Position numbers and translations under genes: made by a program. From Paraphysomonas bandaiensis (taxonomy: Eukaryota > Protista > Chrysophyceae), in the NCBI GenBank assembly GCA_965644295.1, contig CBFFRP010000292.1:1-64000 (forward strand): a stretch of DNA of 64,000 nt, in the 5' to 3' direction. Shown piece by piece: positions 12,003 to 22,919 of this stretch (the stretch's first letter is position 1; each line of letters starts with the position of its first letter). The notes under the pieces are model-generated. The model made no database searches. It worked only from the letters and a program-made list of their open reading frames with translations, and was not told the origin of the DNA.

Positions 12003-15000
12003 TTACAACTTCCTGCTGGTTCTTGCTGCAAATCTGTCAACCAATGATTGTCTGCGAAAGGAGTTTATCTCGGTCTGCATCCGCTGCAATTCTTCCATAT
12101 TTGAAGATAGCTCCAAGATACTTTCGACCTCACCTTTCGAGAAATTGATATCATATGTGGAAGTACAGAGCTTATTGTTTCGTGGTCCAACATTGGCCAT
12201 CATGTTACTTCTCGAAACAGACGTCATATCAACCATACGTGGTGGCGGGCTACGCGATCGGGGCCTTGATGAACGATCACGTCGAAACGTATTACAAGAG
12301 CTTTCCCAGTGAAATGATGGAAGTCTGTCTCTTGATCGAGACCTACGGTGTCTCTCCAGAGACGGGCTACGCGATCGGGGCCTTGATGGACGATCACGTC
12401 GCAATGAAGTACAAGAGCTTTCCCTGTGAAATGATGGAAGTCTGTCTCTCGAACGGGGCCTTGGTGGACGATCACGTCGCAACGAATTACAAGAGCTTTC
12501 CCTGTGAAATGACAGAGGTCTGTCTCTCGAATGGGGTCTATGATATCTCTCCAGAGACGGGCTACGCGATCGGGGCCTTGATGGACGATCACGTCGCAAC
12601 GAATTACAAGAGCTTTCCTTGTGAAATGACAGAGGTCTGTCTCTCGAATGGGGTCTATGATATCTCTCCAGAGACGGGCTACGCGATCGGGGCCTTGATG
12701 GACGATCACGTCGCAACGAATTACAAGAGCTTTCCCTGTGAAATGACAGAGGTCTGTCTCTCGAATGGGGTCTATGATATCTCTCCAGAGACGGGCTACG
12801 CGATCGGGGCCTTGATGGACGATGAAAATAACGCAAGTCTCTGTCTCCGTCACAACTTCTGGAGTGATTCCTGGAAGAAGAATCAACAACGGGTGAATGA
12901 CTGTCAAAGATATGTTGGGTGCAATAATCCGTCTCGCTGCTGGTAACCGTCTGACAGCTGGTACAAGTTGTTGTTACATCACTATCGCTCCTTCTATCCG
13001 GCGTAACAATGAAATCCGCAGGTGCTGGTATTGTTGAAGGAAGATTGGAGTCGCGGTCATCGCAGTTGTCACTGTCTAGGTCTGTGAACTCATCGTCACA
13101 GTATGACAAGTTGCCAGGCAGTTTTCGTGGGGACTTGCGAGTTGCTCTTTTAGGGGTCGAAGCAGGTTGCAACCCCATGACGGAAACTTGAATACCAGGT
13201 AGCGATGGAAGGCAATGCTGTACCGAGGCATGATGACTGATGCCTCTGATACCGCTGGCAAGGGAGTTTAAGCTACCAACAGTGTTAGTTAGCGATATGG
13301 GCTTCACAATGTGAGACCGTGGCACGACGTGTACGCTCGAGAAATCTAAGTCAAACACAAAGTGATGCATTTTGCTTTTCTGGGCATACTGTGATATAGT
13401 GATCCCGCAAAGAGAAACCTTCCGTTGCAAATAGAATGCTTCCTCAGGGATACTGCTTGTCCAATTTGAATAATGTGCTTGACGTTTTTATGCTTCATGA
13501 TATAATACTTATCATAAAACTCTAGGTCACTGCATTGTTTATGCACCAGGGACGTGATACCAACAAATTCATACTTCGCATTTGTGAACATCCTTTCTGG
13601 AATTTTATTTATTACGACAGTCTTCTTGTTGTTTGCTGCAGCAGATGATGGTGTCGACTTTACCCCAGAACCAGCAGTTGAGAGCACATCGTCACCACCA
13701 TGGGAACTTGCATCTTCTCCATCCTCAGTTGGATGGATTTTGCAAAATGCAAAGGGATTTTTTGACTCAATAGGAGAGCCCCACTTCTCATCAAACACCC
13801 ATGGTATTCTCTTCCTTGGGTTGGTAATGTCGGACAGTTTGCCATATGGGCCGTGCTCATGAAGATAATGCTGAGAAAGTCGATCACATCTCTCGGTATT
13901 CACTGGCTGCGACAAATCTGGCTGAAAACCTTTCAGACTGAATCCACATGACGACTGATATTCACTGGTGCTTTGTATTCTGTAATACTGTTCGTTGTAC
14001 CATATGACAAAATGTAGTCGCCCACATTGCGTCAAGAACATAAGCAATAATAAAAATTTCTTGCCCGTGGCCGGATTTACATAGTAACATTGAGAAATTA
14101 TTTCTCTGTATGTACTAAGAAATCCAGAAATTGGCTTGTAAAAATAAATTTTGGGGAGCTCGTCAGCACTGGTATCCGTAAATAATAAGGACATGGATGT
14201 CTCCGTTGGATGACGTTGTACCTTCAAGAATATTCGCGTAACTCCTCCAACCACATGATTTTGCACCTCAAGGTCTGAAAATAGTGAATTATTATTCAAC
14301 GAGGCAAATGAGGAAGTCGAGATGCTTGCATCGGTTCCTTCCTCAGTGTTATTATCAACATCTTCAGCAACAACTCTATCCAAATCATCACATAATATTC
14401 CATCGCTCACAACATTACCACTATCATATTTCTCAGTTCTGGATTCAGAACACGAATGGGAATGCATGTGCGTCTCACAATAACACAAACGGCACAATGA
14501 ACAGTGATCGAAGATATCTTCATCACAACCTTCAGTGTCGCACTCAACGAAGTCATCGTTGAGAACAGCAGATTCTGTATTTTTTGTTATTATACACCCT
14601 TTTTCACCAGACTTGGGCTCCAGTGCCTCAGAGATTATTATATCACTGCTGCCAGAATTTTTCGCAACAATAACACCCTTCTTTAAGTTCGAAAAAAATT
14701 CGTCCTCATCGTCAGATTCTGATTCGGACGCCACCACCTTAGCAATATCATTATTTGAATTTCGTGACTCATAGCCAACGACACCATCATCATTACTGGA
14801 GTTCAAGAATAATTCGTCATCACCTTCAGATTCTGATTCGGACGCCACCACCTTAGCAATATCATTTGAATTCCGGGACTCATAGCCGACGACACCATCA
14901 TCATTCCTGGAATTCAAGAATAATTCGTCATCATCTTCAGATTCTGATTCGGACGCCACAACCATGGATTTCTTGTCATCACGAAGAGTGGGTGGATTCC

Positions 15001-15603
15001 ACGCCAAGGTAAAGTCTTTCTGACATTGATTCATATGTGTAGTCAACTCACTCAAACGAATGTGAAATTGGTCACCCCTGCCTTCACTAGGAACAAGTAA
15101 TTCAAACATATCGTGGTTCTTGCCGTGCAGGAGCAGGGAAATGATGATGCCCTTGTGGCCTTGTGGTTTTGCAGCCGTAACAATGTCTACAGCATTGTAT
15201 CCCGAAGAGTCGTGACATTGTTTGAACGTTATGAATGTCACGCCTTTCAAAGTCGCATACACCTCCACTGAACATATTATACTATAATTAGATATTTGCA
15301 AATATCAAGCAGCAACGACTTACACAAATCTACTGTCAAGTATAGATTTGAAGGCAGCGAATTGGTCTCCCAGCTACAGCACTCCATATGTGCTTCCAGC
15401 TGACATATGTAATTCTTCACAGCAGAAGAAATGAACTTATTGTCCTTCACAGAAACAAACCACCGAGCAACATCAATCCAACTGGGCCCACCGGTGGCCC
15501 TTGCAATACACTGGTACCCACATATTCCAGTATGGGTGGCAGTTATTACTTCACAGTCTGAGGCACTCAAGTAGATATCATTGTCAATTGTGGCAGATAG
15601 CAT
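12003..15603 (-). CDS. Large cargo gene: OTU-like cysteine protease + acidic repeats + AN1-like zinc finger + RS-rich repeats; one intron (15323-15268) and an apparent frameshift near 13445
   Basis: A GTAAGT...CAG 56-nt intron joins ORF 15277-15819 to ORF 13346-15301 in frame (LTVDL/LEVYATLKG). THTGICGYQCIARA and LLLHGKNHDMFELL resemble OTU Cys and His boxes. C-x4-C-x7-C-x2-C-x4-C-x2-H-x3-H-x-C lies at 14450-14542. ORF 12003-13430 overlaps in a shifted frame. Confidence 0.6.
12247..12823 (-). repeat. 117-bp (39-aa) coding tandem repeat, ~5 copies (RPSRPRSRSPSLERYHRPHSRDRPLSFHRESSCNSLRRD)
   Basis: Unit starts at about 12247, 12364, 12558, 12675 and 12792; one internal unit is shortened. Confidence 0.92.
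14690..14965 (-). repeat. Three coding acidic repeats (VVASESES(E/D)..DE(L/F)F)
   Basis: TCAGATTCTGATTCGGACGCCAC recurs three times, about 111-114 bp apart. Confidence 0.85.
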
Positions 15604-15709
15604 GATTGACCAGGGCTGGTCGCTTATTAGTTGTTGGTATCGTTGTCGTTTGCAAAGAAGAAGGATAATAATGAGGTGCAAGGAGGAGTCAAGCGTTTCA
15701 ACACAAATA

Positions 15710-16054
15710 TGAGAAACTGCTGCCGGAATAAAATCCCAAAATGTGGCAGATAAGGGCTTCGAATTTTCCAGCGCAAAAATAAAATCCCAAAAGCAAAATT
15801 TTGAGGGCTTATCTTCCAAAAGCTGAGCCTATTTTGCTTTTGGGAGATAAGCCCTCAAAATTTTGCTTTTGGGATTTTATTTTTGCGCTGGAAAATTCGA
15901 AGCCCTTATCTGCCACATTTTGGGACTTTACCTTGATTTTGCTTTTGGGAGATAAGCCCGAATATTTTTGCTTTTGGGATTTTATTTTTGCGCTGGAAAA
16001 TTCGAAGCCCTTATCTGCCACATTTTGGGATTTTATTCCGGCAGCGGTTTCTCA
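15710..16054. repeat. Internal inverted repeat: 114-bp arms (15710-15823 / 15941-16054) plus a partial third copy (15836-15925), between two divergent genes
   Basis: TGAGAAACTGCTGCCGGAATAAAATCCCAAAATGTGGCAG... pairs with ...CTGCCACATTTTGGGATTTTATTCCGGCAGCGGTTTCTCA. TTTTGGGA motifs are reiterated. Confidence 0.93.
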
Positions 16055-16112
16055 GCTTCACTTCTTGTTCATATTCTTTACCAGCAATAACCTTAACAAA
16101 CAGCAGTACGTA

Positions 16113-18148
16113 ATGCAGCAACTTCTTATGACTCCTCAACAGCGAACATCATTACCTGAGTCATCTTCCTGTGCCACCGCTTTGACAGCGTCATCCATAA
16201 CTGCAAGCAAGCAAACACCTGCACCCGAATGCACGCCATCTACGAAAATGGCAGAACCCGAAAAGGCTGCTCTTGTACTGTCCCCTGATCACATCGAGTT
16301 GGCTTGCAGCTTTCTTTGTTTGGACGTACGGAACAGCAGTAAATGTCCCAACAACAAGCTGTGCAGGGACTTATTTTCAAGGTCGGAAGGACATGCAGCT
16401 ATCCTTAAATTGAGGAAATCTGTTTGGACCCCTGGCGGACCTTGCGAGAGTCCTTCAGTTGGCACAGTTACTTCTCGCAAGCAAAAGCTGATCGAAGTGT
16501 TGGAATCCTTTCTTGTCGTCAACGATTGTGATGAAAAATATCTGCAGTTTCGCATCAACGGAAAAGTTGTGTGCAAGAGCTTTTTCAAATCTGCCATTGC
16601 AATCCCCACCAAGATGTTTGATAGCAGTGTTGCCTACGTCTTGGAATTGGAAACGAATGCTGGAGTCAAATCGTTCTACAAGCCATTGTCATCCCGAAGA
16701 CAGTTTTGTAAGTCTGACCAGGATGCATTTGTTGTGGGATTCCTGGACAACTTTTTTCAATCTAAGGGAAAACGAAAGCTTGTTGACACTTCGCCAAATA
16801 CCACCGGTTACACGAAGGAGAGCTTTACAATCCGCATGAAATGGATTCAGCTGTATGAAGAACATTATCTGCCACTAGTTGAGAAAGGCGACTTGCCTCT
16901 CGTTGATTATTCCAGATTTTGTGAGTTGAGAGCAAAGCACCGCCCATTGTATGTTCGTCATCGCAAGGTATGTATTTATTTATCTCATTTATGGGTCACA
17001 TATAATCACATCTTTTTCAGGTGTCGAATAAGAAATGGAATCATATGGAATGTCCCGATTGTGTTCTATTAGAAGAAAAATTTTTGCGTAATCCAAGTGA
17101 ACGAGAGCGCTACGAGAAAGAGCTCAACCTTCACTGGGAATATCAAGAGAGCTTTCGAGACAAGTACTGTCAGACCATTGTGAAGGCAGTCGAAAATAGT
17201 GACTTCGACTTATCTATGCATATTGACGGTGCAGCGCCAGATGGGATGAATTATTCTCCGTTTTATTTCAAGGACATCACGGGAGAACCGGCACAGCATT
17301 GTTGTTTGAGGACTCATAATACTTTTGTGAAGATTCATGGATGGGGTCGAATTGTTTTCCAGTCCTATCCACAACTAGAATCCCAATCAAGTAACATGGT
17401 GATTGAGATAATATTAAGGTCAATTCAACTGTACTTGACTAAGACAAACAAGAAAGCGGTGCGCAACATATATCTTCAAATGGATAATGCCAGTCCAAAT
17501 AAGTCAAACGTATTAATCGCTGCGCTTTGCTGTCTTCCTTTGCTTGGTATTTGCCGCAAAGTAAAGTTGTCATATCTGGTTCGAGGACACTCACACACTG
17601 ATGGGGATGGTGACATTGGAATTGCTGGGTCTTATATTATCTCCACGAAAAATCTCCAGACTTTTGAAGATTTCGCTGATGCGGTGAAGAGTGCATTCCG
17701 AAGCAAATCTTCAGGATTTACAGAAGTGGAGCGAATCATTGGGGCCACAGATTACATTGCAATGTTTCCGGAGTACGAACGAAACAACTATGACATGCAC
17801 GGATTGACAACTGCGCACTCAATTCGAATTGTCACGGATGATGAAGGTGTATCACCTTATGTCACTTATTACGACAACTTGAATCATGGTTCGGAAGCTT
17901 GGTTTCCGAGACCGGCGCCGGCCTATCCATGTGGAAATTGGAAGGAGATATTTGCTCATCCTTCTGACCCACTTAGACATGGCTTTCCTATAAGTGGCAC
18001 TTGTACTCCTGTTGCATTGAAAGGAAAGCGTCAACACTGGCAGTACTATATTAGTTACGTCAGTGGAGACACGCAGCAGTTCATGTTGCCTTGTCGAAAC
18101 CACCCTGGAGGCACCTACTTGCACCGAACACGCCCTGTGGAATATTAA
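16113..18148 (+). CDS. Sola-like DDD transposase; intron 16968-17020
   Basis: In-frame splice RHRK/VSNKKWNHMECPDC..H. Motifs: INGKVVCKSFF, MHIDGA, SNMVIEII, IYLQMDNASPNKSN, LSYLVRGHSHTDGD (the LQxDN..NKN..GHxHxDxD signature of Sola-type transposases). The C-terminus may be truncated. Confidence 0.82.
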
Positions 18149-18208
18149 GGGTACCAGAGCTCCATCACAAACCTCGTCTACGGTGTTTTCATACTTTACA
18201 CTCCTCCA

Positions 18209-18649
18209 TCACACCCATTTTGTCCCTTTAGGATCTCTTTTCGAGAGATTTTCACAAAATTCGATGATATCCTCATCTTGCACACTACCTAAGTAGGGAA
18301 TAGAGTCGGTATTGATTACTTCATGTGGAGTGGATTCCGTCGCAATGACTTCATTCAAGTCAATACGCTCACTCCTGTTGGGGTGCGGATCTCCACTCCT
18401 TTGCTTCTTTCTCTTTGGTTGAGAAGAAGAGAGCTCACGAAATGATACTCCACTCAATTCTCCTTCCGCCTCTACTGATGTTTCAGTTTGAGGAGAAGAT
18501 TGCATTTGAGATGATGTTGTTGCATCTCTTGCTCGTTTCCGAGAGGATTCTCTCTCTCTTTTCGTCTTTTTAGACGAAGAACCCGAAGCAGCTAACAATT
18601 CCTCTATTTGAGGAGCTGCTTTTATTTTGCTTCTCTTACTTTCCCCCAT
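18209..18649 (-). CDS. Hypothetical basic/NLS-rich protein inside the island, probably truncated
   Basis: 146-aa ATG ORF converging on the transposase. The frame stays open past a single TGA (KWV*WRSVKY). Confidence 0.4.
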   Translation of the reverse strand: MGESKRSKIKAAPQIEELLAASGSSSKKTKRERESSRKRARDATTSSQMQSSPQTETSVEAEGELSGVSFRELSSSQPKRKKQRSGDPHPNRSERIDLNEVIATESTPHEVINTDSIPYLGSVQDEDIIEFCENLSKRDPKGTKWV

Positions 18650-19044
18650 AATATTGTTATATCACAGAGATTGAGTACTACTTATTAAGTAATATTACTG
18701 TGGGCTTGCATACATATGTGTATGTGTGCAAAGCAATACCCAAGTACAGAAGTACAAAATAATGATTATTATCGTATAATGAATCATGAATAATACTGTC
18801 TACAATATCAACGGCTAATAATACTGTCTACAATATCAACGGCTATTGCTAATCCCAACAACAATCACATTCCCTACAGTTTGTATTCCTAACTACATGG
18901 TACACGTATACAATACAGTACTGTACTACTAATCATATAATACAGGACATGTACACGTATATATTCTATATGTAAGTGGATAGTCCTACAGTACACCGAA
19001 ATATGAATGAGTACACGAGAACAGTATTATGACTGTAGGGGAGT

Positions 19045-19207
19045 CTCATAATTTCTTGTCACTAACAATTTCTGTAGTATCTGTCAAGAGACTTGTTTCT
19101 TTGCCTACCTGTAGTGTAGACCGATAAAGAACAACGGGAGTATTGGATCCGTGTCATTGCCAGCCTGTAGTACTGACGACAGTAGATCCGTACATTTTTT
19201 CTCTTCG
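19045..19207 (-). repeat. Diverged inverted copy of the 9247/45909 terminal repeat
   Basis: Reverse complement reads CGAAGAGAAAAAATGTACGG...CCCGTTG...GTCTACACTACAGGTAGGCAAAG...TACTACAGAAATTGTTAGT..GAAATTATG. Confidence 0.8.
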
Positions 19208-19501
19208 CATACATACATACATACATACATACATACATACATACATACATACATACATACATACATACATACATACATACATGCATACATACATACATAC
19301 ATACATACATACATACATACATACATACATACATACATACATACATACCTACATACGTACATACATACATACATACATACATACATACATACATACATAC
19401 ATACATACATACATACATACATACATACATACATACATACCTACATACATACATACATACATACATACATACATACATACATACATACATACATACATAC
19501 A

Positions 19502-19532
<31 letters not shown>

Positions 19533-19600
19533 GTACCTACATACCTACATACCTACATACATACATACATACATACATACATGCATACATACATGCATAC
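19208..19600 (+). repeat. (CATA)n microsatellite
   Basis: About 390 bp of tetranucleotide repeat. Confidence 0.98.
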
Positions 19601-19711
19601 GGAGATCCTTGAGGGGATATTGATGTGGGTTTGGATAGGAATCGAATTCTCTCATCGCCCCTCTTTTATATTCTAGCATAGCCCAGCTTCCAGGTTAAGT
19701 GCGACTTACAG

Positions 19712-21664
19712 ATGGCAGGGCGAGGTTGTAGCATCTCAGGTGCTGTATTCATCCTCATATCTGTCTATACATCTATGTGTATATGTATATATAATCATAT
19801 TGTTATGCAGTGGAGGTCACCAGATCAACTGGAGATGAAACCGAAACATTAACATTACCAGTGGCTCTTCACAGTCCATTACATGTGTTACAAGAGCAAC
19901 TTGAGGAGCTCACAGGAATCTCTCAATCTCGTCAAGTTGTTATATTGTGTGACCTGTCAGATCCCGATAGAAACAATGATACTCTGCTAACAGATAGACA
20001 ATATCAGAGTTTATTTGAATGTGGTATTAGGTATGCTGTCATATATGGGTACGATGGTTTGACATGACTACAGAGACGGATCAGTACTTACCCTGCACCC
20101 ACTTGGTCTAGTGCGTCAGGAATCTAAAGAAGATACACTGCACCGTCTCCATAGACAGGCTAGAGAAACGGAAGAGTCATATGAACTGACTACCAGTATT
20201 ACTGCTGCTAATGCGGACCACTCATACAATGGTATCATGTTTGATGTAGAAGCACGCGGACCCTTCGAGGTGTATGTTATCTCTGTATCTGTTGGAGGTA
20301 TGCTTGGCAGAGTGGTGAGTTCTCTTGAACATGACACACCTTTTAACCGGTGCATGATTTTATTGCTATTTTTGTCTTGATCTTTTTCACAGCGTGTTTT
20401 TGCCCGTGATCGTCCATGGGAGGATGGAGAAATTGAACGGTCCTCTGGGCGGTGGTGGGCACACCAAGGCAGTGTGTCAACAGAGGGTTGGGAAGAAGTT
20501 GCGGACGAGTTCTGTAGCCCATCGTGGGACCACCCGAGGGAAATATTTTTAAGTAGCCCCGTGCGAGTACTACCTGGAAGTCGCATTGCTCTCTATATCC
20601 ATAGCGGCCTTCCGGATGACCTTGGAATACAATACCAGAGCTACCGTGAGGACGTAGTCGTTGCTGAAGATGAACATCTCATGATCTATCCTGGCTTAGG
20701 ACACACTGGATCTGAGCCCTTCGAAGAGGTTCATGGGTGGTATAGAGCGTATAGAGGGTTGGCTGGAAGTTTACGGTACAGCTGTACGAGAAAGGGTTGG
20801 AACATATGGGAACATGCATTGTTTCCACGTCCATTTCGTGATGCTGTTCGTACCATGCTCCTGATCAGACGTCGGGCGGAACTAGCTCACTTCGCGGAAG
20901 GAACGGACACCATGACAGGGAGTCTCACCGTCCGTCCAAGTCGACTTATGGCTTTACCTCTGCACGTTCTGTATTACACCATGGAATTCATGGTGTGTAT
21001 GCCTATTATGTGTGCAGATGTAGTATTTTGTAGTGTCATATTTTGGCAGTAATCTATTGATGGTACATATGTGCAATACTGACCTCATAATTAATCCTTC
21101 TTTCAGCATTGGGATTGGTTTGACGAAGTATCAATGCGACAACAACCATGGAATTCAGAAAACACGGATAATGAAGGCTGGGGGACGCGCAATCCCCACT
21201 CACCTAATTATACTAGAGGTGCAGTGGTTGCCCGCATGTTGACACGGATGTTCATGGAGCAGTTTCCGGAGGAAGGAGGCAGTGATGATGATGATCGCTT
21301 GGGGCCCGCGGAATGGAGTCTAGAACATATGATCGGTTATCTGATAGGTGGATCGGCAATGCACGAGGCAGATTCCATGGGTGTGAGAATTTTGGATGAT
21401 TCTGGTGGAGTGATGACAGTTGAAGATAGTGAAGAAGACGATTGGGATTGCGATGATGAAGATGAGACAAAGGATGACCATCCCAGCTTCGCACCCTCGT
21501 ATGCATATCTGCATAGTGCTAGACAGATGACACACTCAGATGATGAGAATGATGATGAGGAGGATGATGATGATACTGTGGAACATGATGATGGGGACCT
21601 ACACTACCAAGACCTCGACGCTGACGTGGGTAGGTCCAATCGTAGGCCGGGCCCAGACATCTAG
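19712..21664 (+). CDS. Hypothetical protein: N-terminal ubiquitin-like domain, central domain of unknown function, F-box/SOCS-like motif and acidic tail; multi-exon
   Basis: Spliced MAGRGCSIS/VEVTR..LQEQLEELTGISQSRQVVI..SLFECGIR/DGSVLTLH (Ubl pattern). LMALPLHVLYYTMEF is F-box-like. GT-AG junctions join the ORF fragments. Confidence 0.7.
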
Positions 21665-22359
21665 TGATGCTTTGTTACTACGGAATGTAAATATTAACTG
21701 TTGTATAAATTACTACCTGAAATGAAAGTCATGTGAAAATTTTTAGTACAGTTTTCTTATATAGGATGAGTAAGTTGTCATATGTGGATATGTGGTCATA
21801 TTAAAACTCGTCTTTAATGACTTTGTTTCACTTGCTAAAGCCAGTGATTAATCTATATATTCTGTTAATAGGGAACTGTTATTTGTTTACTAATATATTC
21901 TATATCTATATATTTGACTAGTGGAGCAAAATTACTTGGCCCAGAGTCGCGTCATGCGCCATAGGTATACATGTATACATACCACCACATATGTATTCTC
22001 AATCATCCTGACAGCGATGAAATCCTGAATGAATGTAGCATAAACTTTAGCCGTGTATTTATATGTCAAATAAAGATTATTAACAACCGAGTCGTCCTGA
22101 GTGTGTGTATAGTGTACACTGTCTTTGAAAATATGAGATCGATTATATCTCATATATACATCCAGAGTACTTCATGTACAAGCGAAAATAAATGTAGATA
22201 AGCTATAATCATACGTAGCTACAATTTAATGGAACCAACCCCAATAAAAAGTCAACAAAATAACACCGTCAAAAGTGCGCTTGCCTATATGTTTGGAGGG
22301 AGTTATTAGTAATTACAGCAAGACGGCTACGACCAAAGAAACCATGCCATAATGCAAAT

Positions 22360-22919
22360 CTAAAGTCTTCTACCACGACGAGAGCCCTTGCGGCGAGTGG
22401 AATCTGTAGGAATAGGAGTAACATCTTCAATGCGTCCAATTTTCAAGCCAGCACGAGCCAGGGCACGGAGGGCAGACTGGGCACCAGGGCCGGGAGTCTT
22501 GGTCCTGTTACCACCAGTAGCCCTGATTTTGACATGGATAGCAGTAACACCAAGCTCCTTGGCACGGGCAGCAGCATCCATTGCGGCAAGCATGGCAGCA
22601 TAGGGAGAGGCCTCATCACGATCAGCCTTGACTTTCATTCCACCGGTAACACGGCAGAGAGTCTCACGTCCAGAGAGATCAGTAATATGCTATAATGAAA
22701 ACAAAATGAATATATATTTCATATAAAATATTTTATTTTACTTACCACAAAAGTGTCATTAAACGAGGCAAAAATATGAGCCACAGCAAAATATTCCTCT
22801 CCTTCACCAACCTTCGGGGCAAGGGTGGTCTTCTCCTCAACGGCTTTCTCTTTCTTCTCGGCCTATTTAGAGTAATTAAAAAATAATAATTATCATAACA
22901 ATTAATAAAATCCTACCAT
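22360..22919 (-). CDS. RPS14: 40S ribosomal protein S14 (uS11); exon 1 is the ATG only
   Basis: [74 protein letters not shown]. Confidence 0.97.

Larger units (their letters stand above)
9247..19207. mobile_element. Candidate ~10-kb composite/large DNA transposon (tyrosine recombinase + DDD transposase + cargo)
   Basis: Left end CGCAGAGAAAAAA and right end TTTTTTCTCTTCG are followed by ~150 bp of imperfect inverted similarity. The interior is intron-poor and encodes two recombinases. No matching TSD (GCTAT vs CATAC). Confidence 0.55.

Noticed and set aside
12247-12823. CRISPR-like regular spacing
   Set aside because: Whole units repeat with no unique spacers, the repeat lies inside an ORF, the context is eukaryotic and no cas genes are present.
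12155-12946. Long antisense and alternate-frame ORFs over the 117-bp repeats
   Set aside because: A by-product of a stop-poor repeat unit whose length is a multiple of 3; no independent coding evidence.
15801-16112. N-terminal extensions of ORFs 15801-17072 and 15277-15819 sharing FCFWDFIFALENSKP
   Set aside because: Translations of the inverted repeat from TTG starts; the likely true starts are ATG 16113 and ATG 15603.
19062-19676. MYVC/HTYI ORFs here and at 43527-44532 and 45438-46023
   Set aside because: Stop-free translations of the (TACA)n microsatellite.
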